Shown here piece after piece: positions 51,787 to 63,408 of a stretch of DNA of 64,000 bases. The position numbers and the translations under genes were made by a program. The stretch lies in assembly GCF_057098645.1 (NCBI RefSeq), contig NZ_CM169472.1; one strand, 5' to 3'. The notes under the pieces were generated by a model. The model was given only the letters and a program-made list of their open reading frames with translations. It ran no database searches and had not been told where the DNA came from. The first letter of the stretch is position 1, and the number at the start of each line of letters is the position of its first letter.

Positions 51787-51982
51787 GTTCACAGATAAAA
51801 CACTCTCCAGGAAATCCGGGGCGGTTCATTTTGTTGAGTCCATGCCCCCTTTATAAGTAATCCCCCCGGCAAAAATGCCGCGACGGGATTTTACCGAACG
51901 CAGGAAAGCCACTGGAATTCTCCCGTAAGGGATTGTTATATTATAACAGTTCATCGTACTCATTCTGAACAGGAGACTACCA

Positions 51983-52384
51983 ATGAAAATCAAGAGCATC
52001 AGTAAGGCTGTATTGCTGCTTGCACTGCTAACCTCCACGAGCTTTGCTGCGGGTAAGAATGTCAATGTTGAGTTCAGAAAAGGCCATAGCAGCGCTCAGT
52101 ACTCCGGCGAAATAAAGGGATACGATTACGATACATATACCTTCTATGCCAAAAAAGGTCAGAAAGTGCATGTGAGTATCTCTAATGAAGGCGCTGATAC
52201 TTACCTCTTCGGGCCAGGAATCGATGATTCTGTTGATTTATCCAGATATTCCCCTGAACTCGATAGTCACGGACAATACTCACTCCCTGCTTCTGGCAAA
52301 TATGAGCTGCGAGTGCTGCAAACCCGAAACGACGCCCGTAAAAACAAAACTAAAAAATATAACGTCGATATTCAAATTAAGTAA
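51983..52384 (+). CDS. pliG: Periplasmic inhibitor of g-type lysozyme
   Basis: 133 aa with signal peptide; conserved position between ycgL and ycgJ. Confidence 0.7.
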
Positions 52385-52856
52385 ATGTCAACCGACGGGG
52401 AGTCTCCCCGTCATAAACGTTGACGCCCCACTCCTCTCTGTCGCTCAAGAGGTTAATGACGAATAGAACATAATGTAAACAAGACATCACTCACGACACA
52501 TAAATAACATCTTTGTGGTGGTTTGATTGATTTTTCCACTCCGCTTACCATCTACACCAAAATAACGATCATCACGGCATAATTTTTCTTTAACATCGCA
52601 AAATACACCGTTAGCGAATGTAAATTCGCTGGGATCGTAGCCTTGTAATGATTGTAAGTTTTCAGCGGCTTTTTCGCCGAGATATTTCCTTGTTAACTCT
52701 GGGGAAATGCCATCTGAGTTCACACAAATATACGGGTCGCAAACAACGCCGCACGCCGGAGATTGAAGTCCGCCAGCGTCATGTCCAGACGCCATTGATG
52801 AGAACATCATTAGACTGGCCCCCTGAATCTCCAGACAACCAGTATCACTTAAATAA

Positions 52857-53267
52857 GTGATAGTCTTAATACTAGTTTTTAGACTAGTCATTGGAGAACA
52901 GATGATTGATGTCTTAGGGCCGGAGAAACGCAGACGGCGTACCACACAGGAAAAGATCGCAATTGTTCAGCAGAGCTTTGAACCGGGGATGACGGTCTCC
53001 CTCGTTGCCCGGCAACATGGTGTAGCAGCCAGCCAGTTATTTCTCTGGCGTAAGCAATACCAGGAAGGAAGTCTTACTGCTGTGGCCGCCGGAGAACAGG
53101 TTGTTCCTGCCTCTGAACTTGCTGCCGCCATGAAGCAGATTAAAGAACTCCAGCGCCTGCTCGGCAAGAAAACGATGGAAAATGAACTCCTCAAAGAAGC
53201 CGTTGAATATGGACGGGCAAAAAAGTGGATAGCGCACGCGCCCTTATTGCCCGGGGATGGGGAGTAA
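52857..53267 (+). CDS. insC: IS2 transposase InsC
   Basis: 136 aa [26 protein letters not shown]... Confidence 0.95.
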
Positions 53268-54130
53268 GCTTAGTCAGCCGTTGTCTCCGGGTGTCGCGTG
53301 CGCAGTTGCACGTCATTCTCAGACGAACCGATGACTGGATGGATGGCCGCCGCAGTCGTCACACTGATGATACGGATGTGCTTCTCCGTATACACCATGT
53401 TATCGGAGAGCTGCCCACGTATGGTTATCGTCGGGTATGGGCGCTGCTTCGCAGACAGGCAGAACTTGATGGTATGCCTGCGATCAATGCCAAACGTGTT
53501 TACCGGATCATGCGCCAGAATGCGCTGTTGCTTGAGCGAAAACCTGCTGTACCGCCATCGAAACGGGCACATACAGGCAGAGTGGCCGTGAAAGAAAGCA
53601 ATCAGCGATGGTGCTCTGACGGGTTCGAGTTCTGCTGTGATAACGGAGAGAGACTGCGTGTCACGTTCGCGCTGGACTGCTGTGATCGTGAGGCACTGCA
53701 CTGGGCGGTGACTACCGGCGGCTTCAACAGTGAAACAGTACAGGACGTCATGCTGGGAGCGGTGGAACGCCGCTTCGGCAACGATCTTCCGTCGTCTCCA
53801 GTGGAGTGGCTGACGGATAATGGTTCATGCTACCGGGCTAATGAAACACGCCAGTTCGCCCGGATGTTGGGACTTGAACCGAAGAACACGGCGGTGCGGA
53901 GTCCGGAGAGTAACGGAATAGCAGAGAGCTTCGTGAAAACGATAAAGCGTGACTACATCAGTATCATGCCCAAACCAGACGGGTTAACGGCAGCAAAGAA
54001 CCTTGCAGAGGCGTTCGAGCATTATAACGAATGGCATCCGCATAGTGCGCTGGGTTATCGCTCGCCACGGGAATATCTGCGGCAGCGGGCTTGTAATGGG
54101 TTAAGTGATAACAGATGTCTGGAAATATAG
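53225..54130 (+). CDS. insD: IS2 transposase InsD (-1 frame)
   Basis: 301 aa, DDE integrase-like. Confidence 0.95.
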
Positions 54131-54710
54131 GGGCAAATCCAATCATCCCCACACCTGACAATCCGATATAAAAAATACGCATCATATTCATAGCACATCC
54201 TGATAATCCAACCGTACAACACTTATGCTCATTTCATCATCAATCCGTAATCAAAACCGCTGACCTGGACGAGTTACGATGACCTGACAGAAGTATCAGA
54301 CGTCTTCTGCGGTTTCTATGATAGAGCAATTCTGTGGCGGATATTAAGATAACGGGTATCTGTTCTTTAATGATGCTGCAAAAAATGGAAAGTTAAGAAA
54401 GCCTGGCGTGGTGAAAAAATACACTTGCCTCAATACTGGATATTTAAACAGGTCTGAAGATGCTGTCACGATTAGGGTGCGGAAAAAGGAAGCGTAAATA
54501 AGAACAATCAAAAGTACGACGGCAATGGGTTGATTGACAAGGGTATTTTTTAAGCTATGAATCAGCGCCATTTATCACAGAATAGACTTTTACTCTGAAT
54601 AAATGGGAGGGTGACTTGCCTCAATATAATCCAGACTATAACATGCCTTATAGTCTTCGGAACATCATCGCGCGCTGGCGATGATTAATAGCTAATTGAG
54701 TAAGGCCAGG

Positions 54711-55406
54711 ATGTCAAACACGCCAATCGAGCTTAAAGGCAGTAGCTTCACTTTATCTGTGGTTCATCTGCATGAGGCAGAACCTAAGGTTATCCATCAG
54801 GCGCTGGAAGACAAAATCGCTCAGGCCCCCGCATTTTTAAAACATGCCCCCGTTGTACTCAACGTCAGTGCACTGGAAGACCCGGTAAACTGGTCAGCGA
54901 TGCATAAGGCGGTTTCGGCAACCGGTTTGCGGGTTATTGGCGTAAGTGGCTGCAAAGATGCGCAACTTAAAGCCGAAATTGAAAAGATGGGGCTGCCTAT
55001 CCTGACGGAAGGAAAGGAAAAAGCGCCGCGTCCAGCTCCCGCACCGCAGGCTCCAGCGCAAAATACAACGCCGGTCACAAAAACGCGTTTAATAGATACC
55101 CCGGTGCGTTCCGGTCAGCGTATTTATGCTCCACAATGTGATCTGATTGTTACAAGCCACGTTAGCGCTGGGGCCGAATTGATTGCCGATGGTAACATTC
55201 ATGTCTATGGCATGATGCGCGGTCGTGCGCTGGCAGGGGCAAGTGGTGACCGGGAAACGCAAATATTTTGTACGAACCTGATGGCGGAACTGGTGTCCAT
55301 CGCAGGTGAATACTGGCTGAGTGATCAAATCCCAGCAGAATTTTATGGCAAAGCGGCGCGACTGCAGTTAGTCGAAAACGCTTTGACCGTTCAACCGTTA
55401 AATTGA
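54711..55406 (+). CDS. minC: Septum site-determining protein MinC
   Basis: 231 aa from ATG 54711 ([15 protein letters not shown]...). Confidence 0.95.
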   Translation: MSNTPIELKGSSFTLSVVHLHEAEPKVIHQALEDKIAQAPAFLKHAPVVLNVSALEDPVNWSAMHKAVSATGLRVIGVSGCKDAQLKAEIEKMGLPILTEGKEKAPRPAPAPQAPAQNTTPVTKTRLIDTPVRSGQRIYAPQCDLIVTSHVSAGAELIADGNIHVYGMMRGRALAGASGDRETQIFCTNLMAELVSIAGEYWLSDQIPAEFYGKAARLQLVENALTVQPLN

Positions 55407-55429
55407 TCCCTTTTTAACAAGGAATTTCT

Positions 55430-56242
55430 ATGGCACGCATTATTGTTGTTACTTCGGGCAAAGGGGGGGTTGGTAAGACAACCTCCAGCGCGGCCATCGC
55501 CACTGGTTTGGCCCAGAAGGGAAAGAAAACTGTCGTGATAGATTTTGATATCGGCCTGCGTAATCTCGACCTGATTATGGGTTGCGAACGCCGGGTCGTT
55601 TACGATTTCGTCAACGTCATTCAGGGCGATGCAACGCTAAATCAGGCGTTAATTAAAGATAAGCGTACTGAAAATCTCTATATTCTGCCGGCATCGCAAA
55701 CACGCGATAAAGATGCCCTCACCCGTGAAGGGGTCGCTAAAGTTCTTGATGATCTGAAAGCGATGGATTTTGAATTTATCGTTTGTGACTCCCCGGCAGG
55801 GATTGAAACCGGTGCGTTAATGGCACTCTATTTTGCAGACGAAGCCATTATTACCACCAACCCGGAAGTCTCTTCAGTACGCGACTCTGACCGTATTTTA
55901 GGCATTCTGGCGTCAAAATCACGCCGCGCAGAAAATGGCGAAGAGCCTATTAAAGAGCACCTGCTGTTAACGCGCTATAACCCAGGCCGCGTAAGCAGAG
56001 GTGACATGCTGAGCATGGAAGATGTGCTGGAGATCCTGCGCATCAAACTCGTCGGCGTGATCCCAGAGGATCAATCAGTATTGCGCGCCTCTAACCAGGG
56101 TGAACCGGTCATTCTCGACATTAACGCCGATGCGGGTAAAGCCTACGCAGATACCGTAGAACGTCTGTTGGGAGAAGAACGTCCTTTCCGCTTCATTGAA
56201 GAAGAGAAGAAAGGCTTCCTCAAACGCTTGTTCGGAGGATAA
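55430..56242 (+). CDS. minD: Septum site-determining ATPase MinD
   Basis: 270 aa; deviant Walker A GKGGVGKTT. Confidence 0.95.
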   Translation: MARIIVVTSGKGGVGKTTSSAAIATGLAQKGKKTVVIDFDIGLRNLDLIMGCERRVVYDFVNVIQGDATLNQALIKDKRTENLYILPASQTRDKDALTREGVAKVLDDLKAMDFEFIVCDSPAGIETGALMALYFADEAIITTNPEVSSVRDSDRILGILASKSRRAENGEEPIKEHLLLTRYNPGRVSRGDMLSMEDVLEILRIKLVGVIPEDQSVLRASNQGEPVILDINADAGKAYADTVERLLGEERPFRFIEEEKKGFLKRLFGG

Positions 56243-56245
56243 GTT

Positions 56246-56512
56246 ATGGCATTACTCGATTTCTTTCTCTCGCGGAAGAAAAACACAGCCAACATTGCAA
56301 AAGAACGGCTGCAGATTATTGTTGCTGAACGCCGTCGCAGCGATGCAGAACCGCATTATCTGCCGCAGTTGCGTAAAGATATTCTTGAGGTCATTTGTAA
56401 ATACGTACAAATTGATCCTGAGATGGTAACCGTACAGCTTGAGCAAAAAGATGGCGATATTTCTATTCTTGAGCTGAACGTGACCTTACCGGAAGCAGAA
56501 GAGCTGAAATAA
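56246..56512 (+). CDS. minE: Cell division topological specificity factor MinE
   Basis: 88 aa. Confidence 0.95.
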
Positions 56513-56539
56513 GCCCGCTGTAAAAGCGCATTTATCTTC

Positions 56540-56569
56540 AAGGCAGAGTTATCTCTGCCTTGAGTTTTT
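56540..56569 (+). terminator. Rho-independent terminator after minE
   Basis: aaggcagag ttat ctctgcctt followed by gagttttt. Confidence 0.8.
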
Positions 56570-56883
56570 CATCCCTCTCATCCACGTTGTGGTAAAGCGG
56601 CGAGTATTCTTGCTGATACTCCTCATTGCTATTTCCACCTCCCCCTTTACACCTTAAGGCTGTTCCCACGCACAAAACAAAATGTTTATGCCTGGTTGAG
56701 TAAATAACCTTATTGTTAGCATGGATATACTGGGAGATGATAACCCCGCAATTTCATTATTCATTGTTCTCCCATAGGATGAGGTTTCCCGCCGTAACTG
56801 GCGGGCTTTTTTTGCCCCAGAATTTTCCCTTTTAGCCCCCTGTAAACGAAAACTGCGCCGAAGCGCAGTTTAATCGTTGATGG

Positions 56884-57327
56884 TCAGAACGACCAGTTCA
56901 CACCAGCCACCGCATTCCACGGGGATTCCACACCAGCACCACGGCTATACCCCACCCCGAGATGCCCGCTTAACGTACTGCTGAATGAGGCTTTAATACC
57001 TGCCTGGTATATTCCACGTCTGCCCGACAAATCATTGACGAAATTACCATCATTATTCACTTTCACCCGGTTATCATCGACAAATTCTTTGCGCACAGCC
57101 GCCTTCAGCCACGGCTCAACTTCCATACCGTTCCCCAGACGCATGTTGTAACTCAGCGTTGCACCCAGTTCACGATATATACTGCGGGTATCGACTGATT
57201 TCGATTCCATGCCATTGGATAAATGATAGTAGCGTCTAAGTGACCTTAGCTCGGCTGCAACATCAGCCCGCAGGCACCAGACCAGGGGATTCATCCTGAA
57301 GAGACAGCGCAGGTGTATTGTGTTCAC
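56884..57327 (-). pseudogene. Autotransporter beta-domain remnant (C-terminal fragment only)
   Basis: 147-aa ORF ending ...VAGVNWSF with no passenger domain or signal peptide upstream. Confidence 0.5.
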
Positions 57328-57803
57328 CGCTCACCAAAGACATCATGATGAAATGATGATATCCCGCATAAGAAAGAGGCATTTTTTAAACGCAGTGCGC
57401 CGAAATGTAGTTGAATAAAAAATCACTCTTTTCAGATAATACTGTCGTACGCTTATCTTTCGACAATGAGGCCGTCGGCAAAATAAAATGACTAATGTAA
57501 TCGTTGCTGATGAATATCTTCTGCTCACATAAAAATCACACAATAATATTGATAAATCAGATTATCTTACCTTTACAACATTGCGTTAACAGTCAATGAC
57601 GCTTCTTGAATAAAAATATTGTCAATCAATGAGTTATTCCTCATTTAAGATTATTCTCATTCACGTAAAAAACATAATTCCTATCATCACAGCCACGCTC
57701 ATTTTGAATTATCTGAATAATAGCGAGCGTTCTTTAGTTAAGCAGATCTTAATTGAAGACGAAATTATTGTGTGTGCAACTTACTTAATACCGGACATCT
57801 AAG

Positions 57804-58148
57804 TTGAAGAAAAAAATACTTGCCTTCGGGCTTATCTCAGCATTGTTCTGCTCCACGCCAGCGATGGCGGATATGAACCGCACCACGAAAGGTGCATTGC
57901 TAGGCGCAGGCGTTGGTTTACTTACTGGCAATGGTGTTAATGGCGTACTGAAAGGTGCAGCTGTTGGCGCTGGTGTTGGTGCAGTAACAGAAAAAGGCCG
58001 CGACGGTAAAAATGCGCGTAAAGGTGCAAAAGTGGGTGCCGCCGTTGGTGCTGTCACTGGCGTTCTGACCGGCAATGGCCTCGAAGGGGCGATTAAAGGT
58101 GCCGTGATTGGCGGTACGGGTGGTGCAATTCTGGGTAAAATGAAATAA
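57804..58148 (+). CDS. ymgG: Gly-rich small secreted/lipoprotein-like protein
   Basis: 114 aa, signal peptide, GxxxG-rich; synteny. Confidence 0.7.
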
Positions 58149-58151
58149 GGA

Positions 58152-58487
58152 ATGATGATGAAAAAATTTGCTTTACTGGCGGGCCTGTTTGTTTTCGCAC
58201 CAATGACCTGGGCGCAGGACTACAATATTAAAAACGGTTTGCCGTCAGAAACCTATATTACTTGCGCAGAAGCCAACGAAATGGCAAAAACTGACAGCGC
58301 ACAGGTTGCAGAAATTGTTGCGGTAATGGGTAATGCCAGCGTTGCCAGCCGTGATTTAAAAATTGAGCAATCTCCGGAACTGAGCGCCAAAGTGGTAGAA
58401 AAACTGAATCAGGTTTGCGCTAAAGACCCGCAAATGCTGTTGATCACGGCAATTGATGACACCATGCGTGCTATCGGCAAAAAATAA
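58152..58487 (+). CDS. ymgD: Small periplasmic protein YmgD
   Basis: 111-aa ORF with signal peptide; synteny. Confidence 0.7.
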   Translation: MMMKKFALLAGLFVFAPMTWAQDYNIKNGLPSETYITCAEANEMAKTDSAQVAEIVAVMGNASVASRDLKIEQSPELSAKVVEKLNQVCAKDPQMLLITAIDDTMRAIGKK

Positions 58488-58542
58488 TATTTCATATGTT
58501 ACCGCGTCGATGAATTCGACGCGGTATTTTAGCTAACGGGGA

Positions 58543-61093
58543 TCAGAACTTATATTTCAGGCCCACCATCACTGCGGTGTCATTGTAGCCATTATCACCC
58601 AGCTGCACGCCCACATTACCCCAGACGCTGGCCGCCGGATTCAGATTGCCATTTACGCCAAGTTTAATTTCCCCCAGATTACGCGCCCCCTCTTGTTCGA
58701 CTTTCACACCGTTCATTGAGACAGCAAAATCTTTACTGTTATGGATCCAGTTCATTTCAACAAAAGGTTCAAAGTCGTCACCGTGCGGACCGCTGTTTTT
58801 CTCCTGAGTACGAATAAAAGTGCGGAAACCAAGTCGGGTCTGGATGTTGTTATTTGCGTCATTCTCAATACGTGAGCCATTGGCTTCGGTGTGCGCATTA
58901 TGATCGACGCCCATCCAGATAGCCTGTGCCTGTGGCTGGAAGATCCACGTATATTTCGCCGCTTCCAGACCAAAGGATTTATTCAGGGCAAAGCCGTAAC
59001 CCGCTTCCAGCGAGACGGTTGCGCCTTTCGCGCTATAGGATTCATAGGCTAATTCATCCCCTTTCACCGAGTTTTTAAACCAGCTATATTGCGCCCAGGC
59101 GTCAATGTATGCGCCTTTTTTACTGATGTCATCGGCAAACCAGGTGGCATACAGCCCTGCGCTATAGCCTCTGACACTCCCTTTCGAACGATAATCCGAC
59201 ACGCTGGAATGAGTTGAGTTGTAGTCGCGGGCATAACCAGCCATCACTCCCAAACGCCAACTGTCACTGTCGGTAAAACCACCGGTTAACAGATCGGCCC
59301 CTAACTGCGAGACGTAGCGATGCGAGGTCGTTCTCAACTGTCCGTTGCTGTCACGCCAGGCATTATGCCCGCCAATTTGACGTAGCCAAAGTCGGCTTGA
59401 ACGCTCCTGTTCAGTTACAGGATCGATGTAACGCGTTTCACCTGCACGATCGTTCAGACGCATAACAAAAAGAGTGTTAGCGGCTGCCAGGTTGGCGACG
59501 TAACTTCCAGCTTCGGGGCGCAGGACGGGGGTAGGCGCAACAGTAGGCGCTGAACTTCCTCCGGAGTTTGTTTCACCGCCGCTCGTTGCCTGGAAGTTAG
59601 TCAGATACCAGTTTTTATTGGTCGCTTCGGTATTACCTCGGGTTAATGAATATTCGTAGGCACCGGCGAAAATCCTCGAATCCTTAATAAATTCTCCATT
59701 TGATTCCCCCTCAACGCTGATAATCTCTATCCCATTTAACGTATAAGCCCCGCTGCCGCCAGCATTGGTAACTTTAACTCGGGTTGTTCCAGAGGTATTT
59801 CCATTAATAACGACTTTATCCGTAGCTGAATTATCATCACCCAATTCAGTTCTGAGATGCAATACGCCATTATTACCAACGTAATTTTCAGTTATTGTTA
59901 ATCTTGTTGGTTCGAAATCCTTTCCATCTGCCCGGGAAATATAGACCGTACTATTGTCAACCGTGAGCTTGCTCACCGTTGAGTCAGCTTTAATATCCCA
60001 GGTACTATTATCTGAAAGCGACAGATAGGTATGAGTGTTATCATCTGTTGAAAGATTGGCTGAACCCGTTATTTTTGAATCAGTTGCATAGACGGTCAAA
60101 TGACCTTTAATATTATTGATAAAAACATCTGCAGCCGATGATACCTCACTATCAGTAATGGTCACGTTACTCGTCTCATTTTTATTGTAGAGGATTTCAT
60201 TTGCTGACCGTAGTGAGCTACCAGATAAAATATCTACCGTTGCTTCCTGACCATTTATGGAAGACTCCAGCACAACTCCAGCCCCCTGATGCGCGACTGC
60301 AAATGTATTTTTCAGCGTCACCGTGCCGCCATTATAAATTTTAGCAATCGCGGCGTCAGGACCCGTTGTATAAATTTCTCCCTGGTTAAATGAAACTGTC
60401 CCCTGGCGAGCAGCGATGGCATGAGCATTGTCCCCAACTTTCTGTTCCGTGGGTTGTTATCTCCCCTTTTGCCATATCCAGTATTGCTTTGGCGCTATTT
60501 TCATTATTTCCTGTATCGGCAGTGCTTTCTTCATCAAGAGAAGATACACACGCACGAGCGCTTCCGGGAGATGCACACGCAAGAACGCCGACTGCGTGAT
60601 TACCCGCAGTAACAATAAAAGTATTATCTCCGTCAGAAAAAGAGGGGGTAACCGAACCGTCAGAGTTGACTCTTATTATGGTATCAGTATTCAGGTTTCC
60701 ACTCGTTTGACTTAGCAAACCAATTGAGTAATCCCCCGTTGTGACAATCGTATTATTACCCCGCAAAGTGACAGCACCGCCATATTCACTTACGACTGCG
60801 CTAGCTGTATATGCTTTGCTTAGAGGACTATTGTCAGAAGGATATAAACCGCCCGTTGTTACAATGACGCCATTGTTAATGGCTAAATTGCTACCCTCTC
60901 CTGCAACGGATACACCGTAACTTCCATTACCCGTTGTTATAACTAGCGCATTATCAATATCTTTTACTTCTCCATCTTTTATTTCCACAGCATGTTTATA
61001 CTCATCGTGATGAATAAACTAATCAGCATATGCATTACCCACCGCCAGAGCAATAAGTCCTAAACTAAACCCGGGGAGTTTTTTCAGTTTCAT
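58543..61093 (-). pseudogene. ycgH: Autotransporter (ycgH-like) with in-frame TAG after the signal peptide and a frameshift
   Basis: ATG 61093 then signal peptide MKLKKLPGFSLGLIALAVGNAYAD then TAG at 61019-61021; ORF 60386-60988 is in the same frame; ORF 58543-60321 is in a different frame; C-terminal beta-barrel ...VGLKYKF. Confidence 0.75.
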
Positions 61094-61492
61094 AGATTAA
61101 CCATCCATTCATTGGATTAACAAACATTCCTGGTCAAATAACCTATGAGTTCAGATTACCAAAACGGAGGGTAAAGACAAAAACAAAAGCACAAAAAATT
61201 TAAATAGATAAACAGCGACAATATATAAATGATAAATAAGTCGGCATTATCATTTTTCACCTTATTTTCATGACATTGATCACTTTGAGGTGACGATTTT
61301 GTTTAACAAATAACTCTTCGACATCAAAATTATTAATAGTTGCCATGGTAATTATTTTGATGATATATAAAAACAACTGTGATAACACCAGGGTTGACAA
61401 CTATTTGCGCAATAATTCCTTTCCTTCAATGATCCAGGCGTTCACTGTCAGCACCCCATTCAGCCGCATACTGACAGTGAGAAACTGAAAGA

Positions 61493-61711
61493 TTATTGCT
61501 GATCCCTGTGGCTGACGAGTCTTTCCCTTAATCGATTAACCAGATTGATCGCCAGCCAAACAAGGGCATTAAGCAAATTTATCGTCACAAGCACTTCTCC
61601 CAGCCCGGTACTGGGTTTTGCAATAAGGATGACCAGGAGAGTGATCAGCATAAATGCAATGGAAAAGATGATATAGAGAGTGAAATAATCCAGATTATTA
61701 CTATTGTTCAT
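61493..61711 (-). CDS. ymgF: Small inner-membrane protein YmgF
   Basis: 72 aa from ATG 61711 (MNNSNNLDYFTLYIIF...). Confidence 0.8.
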   Translation of the reverse strand: MNNSNNLDYFTLYIIFSIAFMLITLLVILIAKPSTGLGEVLVTINLLNALVWLAINLVNRLRERLVSHRDQQ

Positions 61712-61842
61712 GCTACTAATGGCAATCCTGTCAAAACTTTCAAACAATTATAGCAAACAAAATAATGAACAATAGTAACAAGAGGCAACGAGCTAATTAG
61801 CTGTCTATAATTACACCGCACTATGGCCTTACTGATCGATTT

Positions 61843-63408
61843 TCACTCAACCACAACCTTCACCTTCGGTTTAGAAAGGATAATTTTGACCAGGTCGATG
61901 TATGTAACAGGTTTATAGAAATAATAACCCTGCTGAAATGTGATATTATTTTGGTTCAGATAATCAAGTTGTTCTTTCGTTTCGACACCTTCAGCGACGA
62001 TACTGATCGAAAGTTTACGCGCCAGATCCAATACACAATCCAGAATTCGGGTTGATTCTGGGTCTGCATTGACGCGGCCAACGAAACTGTGATCAATTTT
62101 GATATAATCAATATGCAGGTCATGCAGATAAGAAAGCCCTGAGTAGCCAGTACCGAAATCATCCAGCGCGATGACAAAACCATTTTCATGCAGAATGTTC
62201 AACCGCTGAACCAGACTTTCATCAACATTTAATGGCTCACGCTCGGTAACTTCCAGAACGAGGTTTAAATCGCGGCGGGTAAAACTGTCACGGTAATTTA
62301 AGCACTCGTCGACAAACGTCGGCGAAATAATATGCGAGGCGCTAAAATTAATTCCAACATGAAAACCTTCCGGCAATTTACTCGCGATAGCGTTCATCTG
62401 TCTGGCAACCTGATTCATCAGGCTTTGCGTAAGCGGAACGATTAATCCGGATTTTTCAGCAAGTGGAATAAATGCCGCGGGTGAAATATATCCACCGTGA
62501 GGTTGTTTCCAGCGGGCTAACACCTCAACTCCCCGCAATGTCCCTTCCCGACCATTCACCACTGGTTGGTAAAAAGGGACGATCTCCCCATTATTTATAG
62601 CCCGCCGCAGGATCTCTTCAGGCGTTGCGCTTTTATTGAAATACCTATCTAGCAGGAAGGCAGCGGCGCAGGCGATTAACAGAATAAAGATCAAAATCCC
62701 AAAGCCTTTATCGATAAGTCTGTAGAAGCTAAAGAGTGGCGGCGAGTTAAAGATAATAGTGAAATGATATTTTGTGGAGTGAACCTTCTCGGTATAGGGA
62801 TAATGTCCATTAAGCGTCATCACATCACCCGTAGGTCCAATAATGTCATCCGCCACGCGTAATACATACCTTACCCCTTTCAAGGGTACATTAAGCGCCC
62901 CGCGAATATGCTGATCACTTATCGTAACCAAAATGCGCGTATCTGCAAATTGGCTCTGATAGAGCAGGATAGGTAATCTATTAACGGTGTCGATTGCCGG
63001 AGCCAACAGTAAATTACTGTCCGGGAAAACAGGAATACGAGACAGCAGGACCCGATTCCCCGGTAAGGATGTACACCAGACCGTTCCCTGTTTGAGAATG
63101 ATGATTGTGCGCAGGTGAGGTTTCAGAGCTGCTTCAGTGCCAAGCTGATATTGCTCCTCGAGGTCGCATTCCTTCCCGGCAATGTTAACCGCTGTTTGAG
63201 TCGCCTGTGACGCTTCTTCAAGTATATGATTGATATTGTTGGCGGCATATCTTGCTCCCGCCAGGTACTCTGCTTTTGCGGAATACCAGAGCTGGATGTT
63301 CAAAATAGCGACACCGGTAATAAACAAGCATATCGCAACGAGGATGGGTATGAGTGTATTGCGCATTTGCTTGTCCCGGCCAAAGGGTTTAATACATGAA
63401 AATGCCAT
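61843..63408 (-). CDS. pdeG: c-di-GMP phosphodiesterase, membrane-anchored with periplasmic sensor domain and EAL domain
   Basis: 521-aa ORF (start may be internal); EAL-type motifs (EVLARW..., DDFGTGYS). Confidence 0.8.
   Translation of the reverse strand: MAFSCIKPFGRDKQMRNTLIPILVAICLFITGVAILNIQLWYSAKAEYLAGARYAANNINHILEEASQATQTAVNIAGKECDLEEQYQLGTEAALKPHLRTIIILKQGTVWCTSLPGNRVLLSRIPVFPDSNLLLAPAIDTVNRLPILLYQSQFADTRILVTISDQHIRGALNVPLKGVRYVLRVADDIIGPTGDVMTLNGHYPYTEKVHSTKYHFTIIFNSPPLFSFYRLIDKGFGILIFILLIACAAAFLLDRYFNKSATPEEILRRAINNGEIVPFYQPVVNGREGTLRGVEVLARWKQPHGGYISPAAFIPLAEKSGLIVPLTQSLMNQVARQMNAIASKLPEGFHVGINFSASHIISPTFVDECLNYRDSFTRRDLNLVLEVTEREPLNVDESLVQRLNILHENGFVIALDDFGTGYSGLSYLHDLHIDYIKIDHSFVGRVNADPESTRILDCVLDLARKLSISIVAEGVETKEQLDYLNQNNITFQQGYYFYKPVTYIDLVKIILSKPKVKVVVE

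Larger units (their letters stand above)
50519..51828 (+). mobile_element. IS3-family insertion sequence, IS629-like (1310 bp)
   Basis: Ends TGAACCGCCCCGGG... / ...CCGGGGCGGTTCA (terminal inverted repeats); flanking ttt on both sides (3-bp duplication); two ORFs in 0/-1 frames. Confidence 0.9.
52811..54141 (+). mobile_element. IS2 insertion sequence (1331 bp) with 5-bp target-site duplication ATCAT
   Basis: Ends TAGACTGGCCCCCTGAATCTCC... / ...GGAAATATAGGGGCAAATCCA; ATCAT at 52806-52810 and 54142-54146. Confidence 0.95.
52487..54191 (-). pseudogene. ycgJ: ycgJ disrupted by IS2 insertion after codon 15
   Basis: Minus-strand reading frame is continuous across the IS once the element and one ATCAT copy are removed, giving 122 aa (MNMMRIFYIGLSGVG | MMFSSMASGHD...). 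Confidence 0.8.

Noticed and set aside
57343-57543. 66-aa minus-strand ORF between the autotransporter remnant and ymgG
   Set aside because: Cannot be matched with confidence to ymgI/ymgJ-type small proteins from sequence alone; Arg/Cys-rich translation looks non-coding. Left uncalled.
60386-60715. Plus-strand ORFs of 63-95 aa overlapping ycgH
   Set aside because: Antisense to the autotransporter passenger-domain frame; no independent support.
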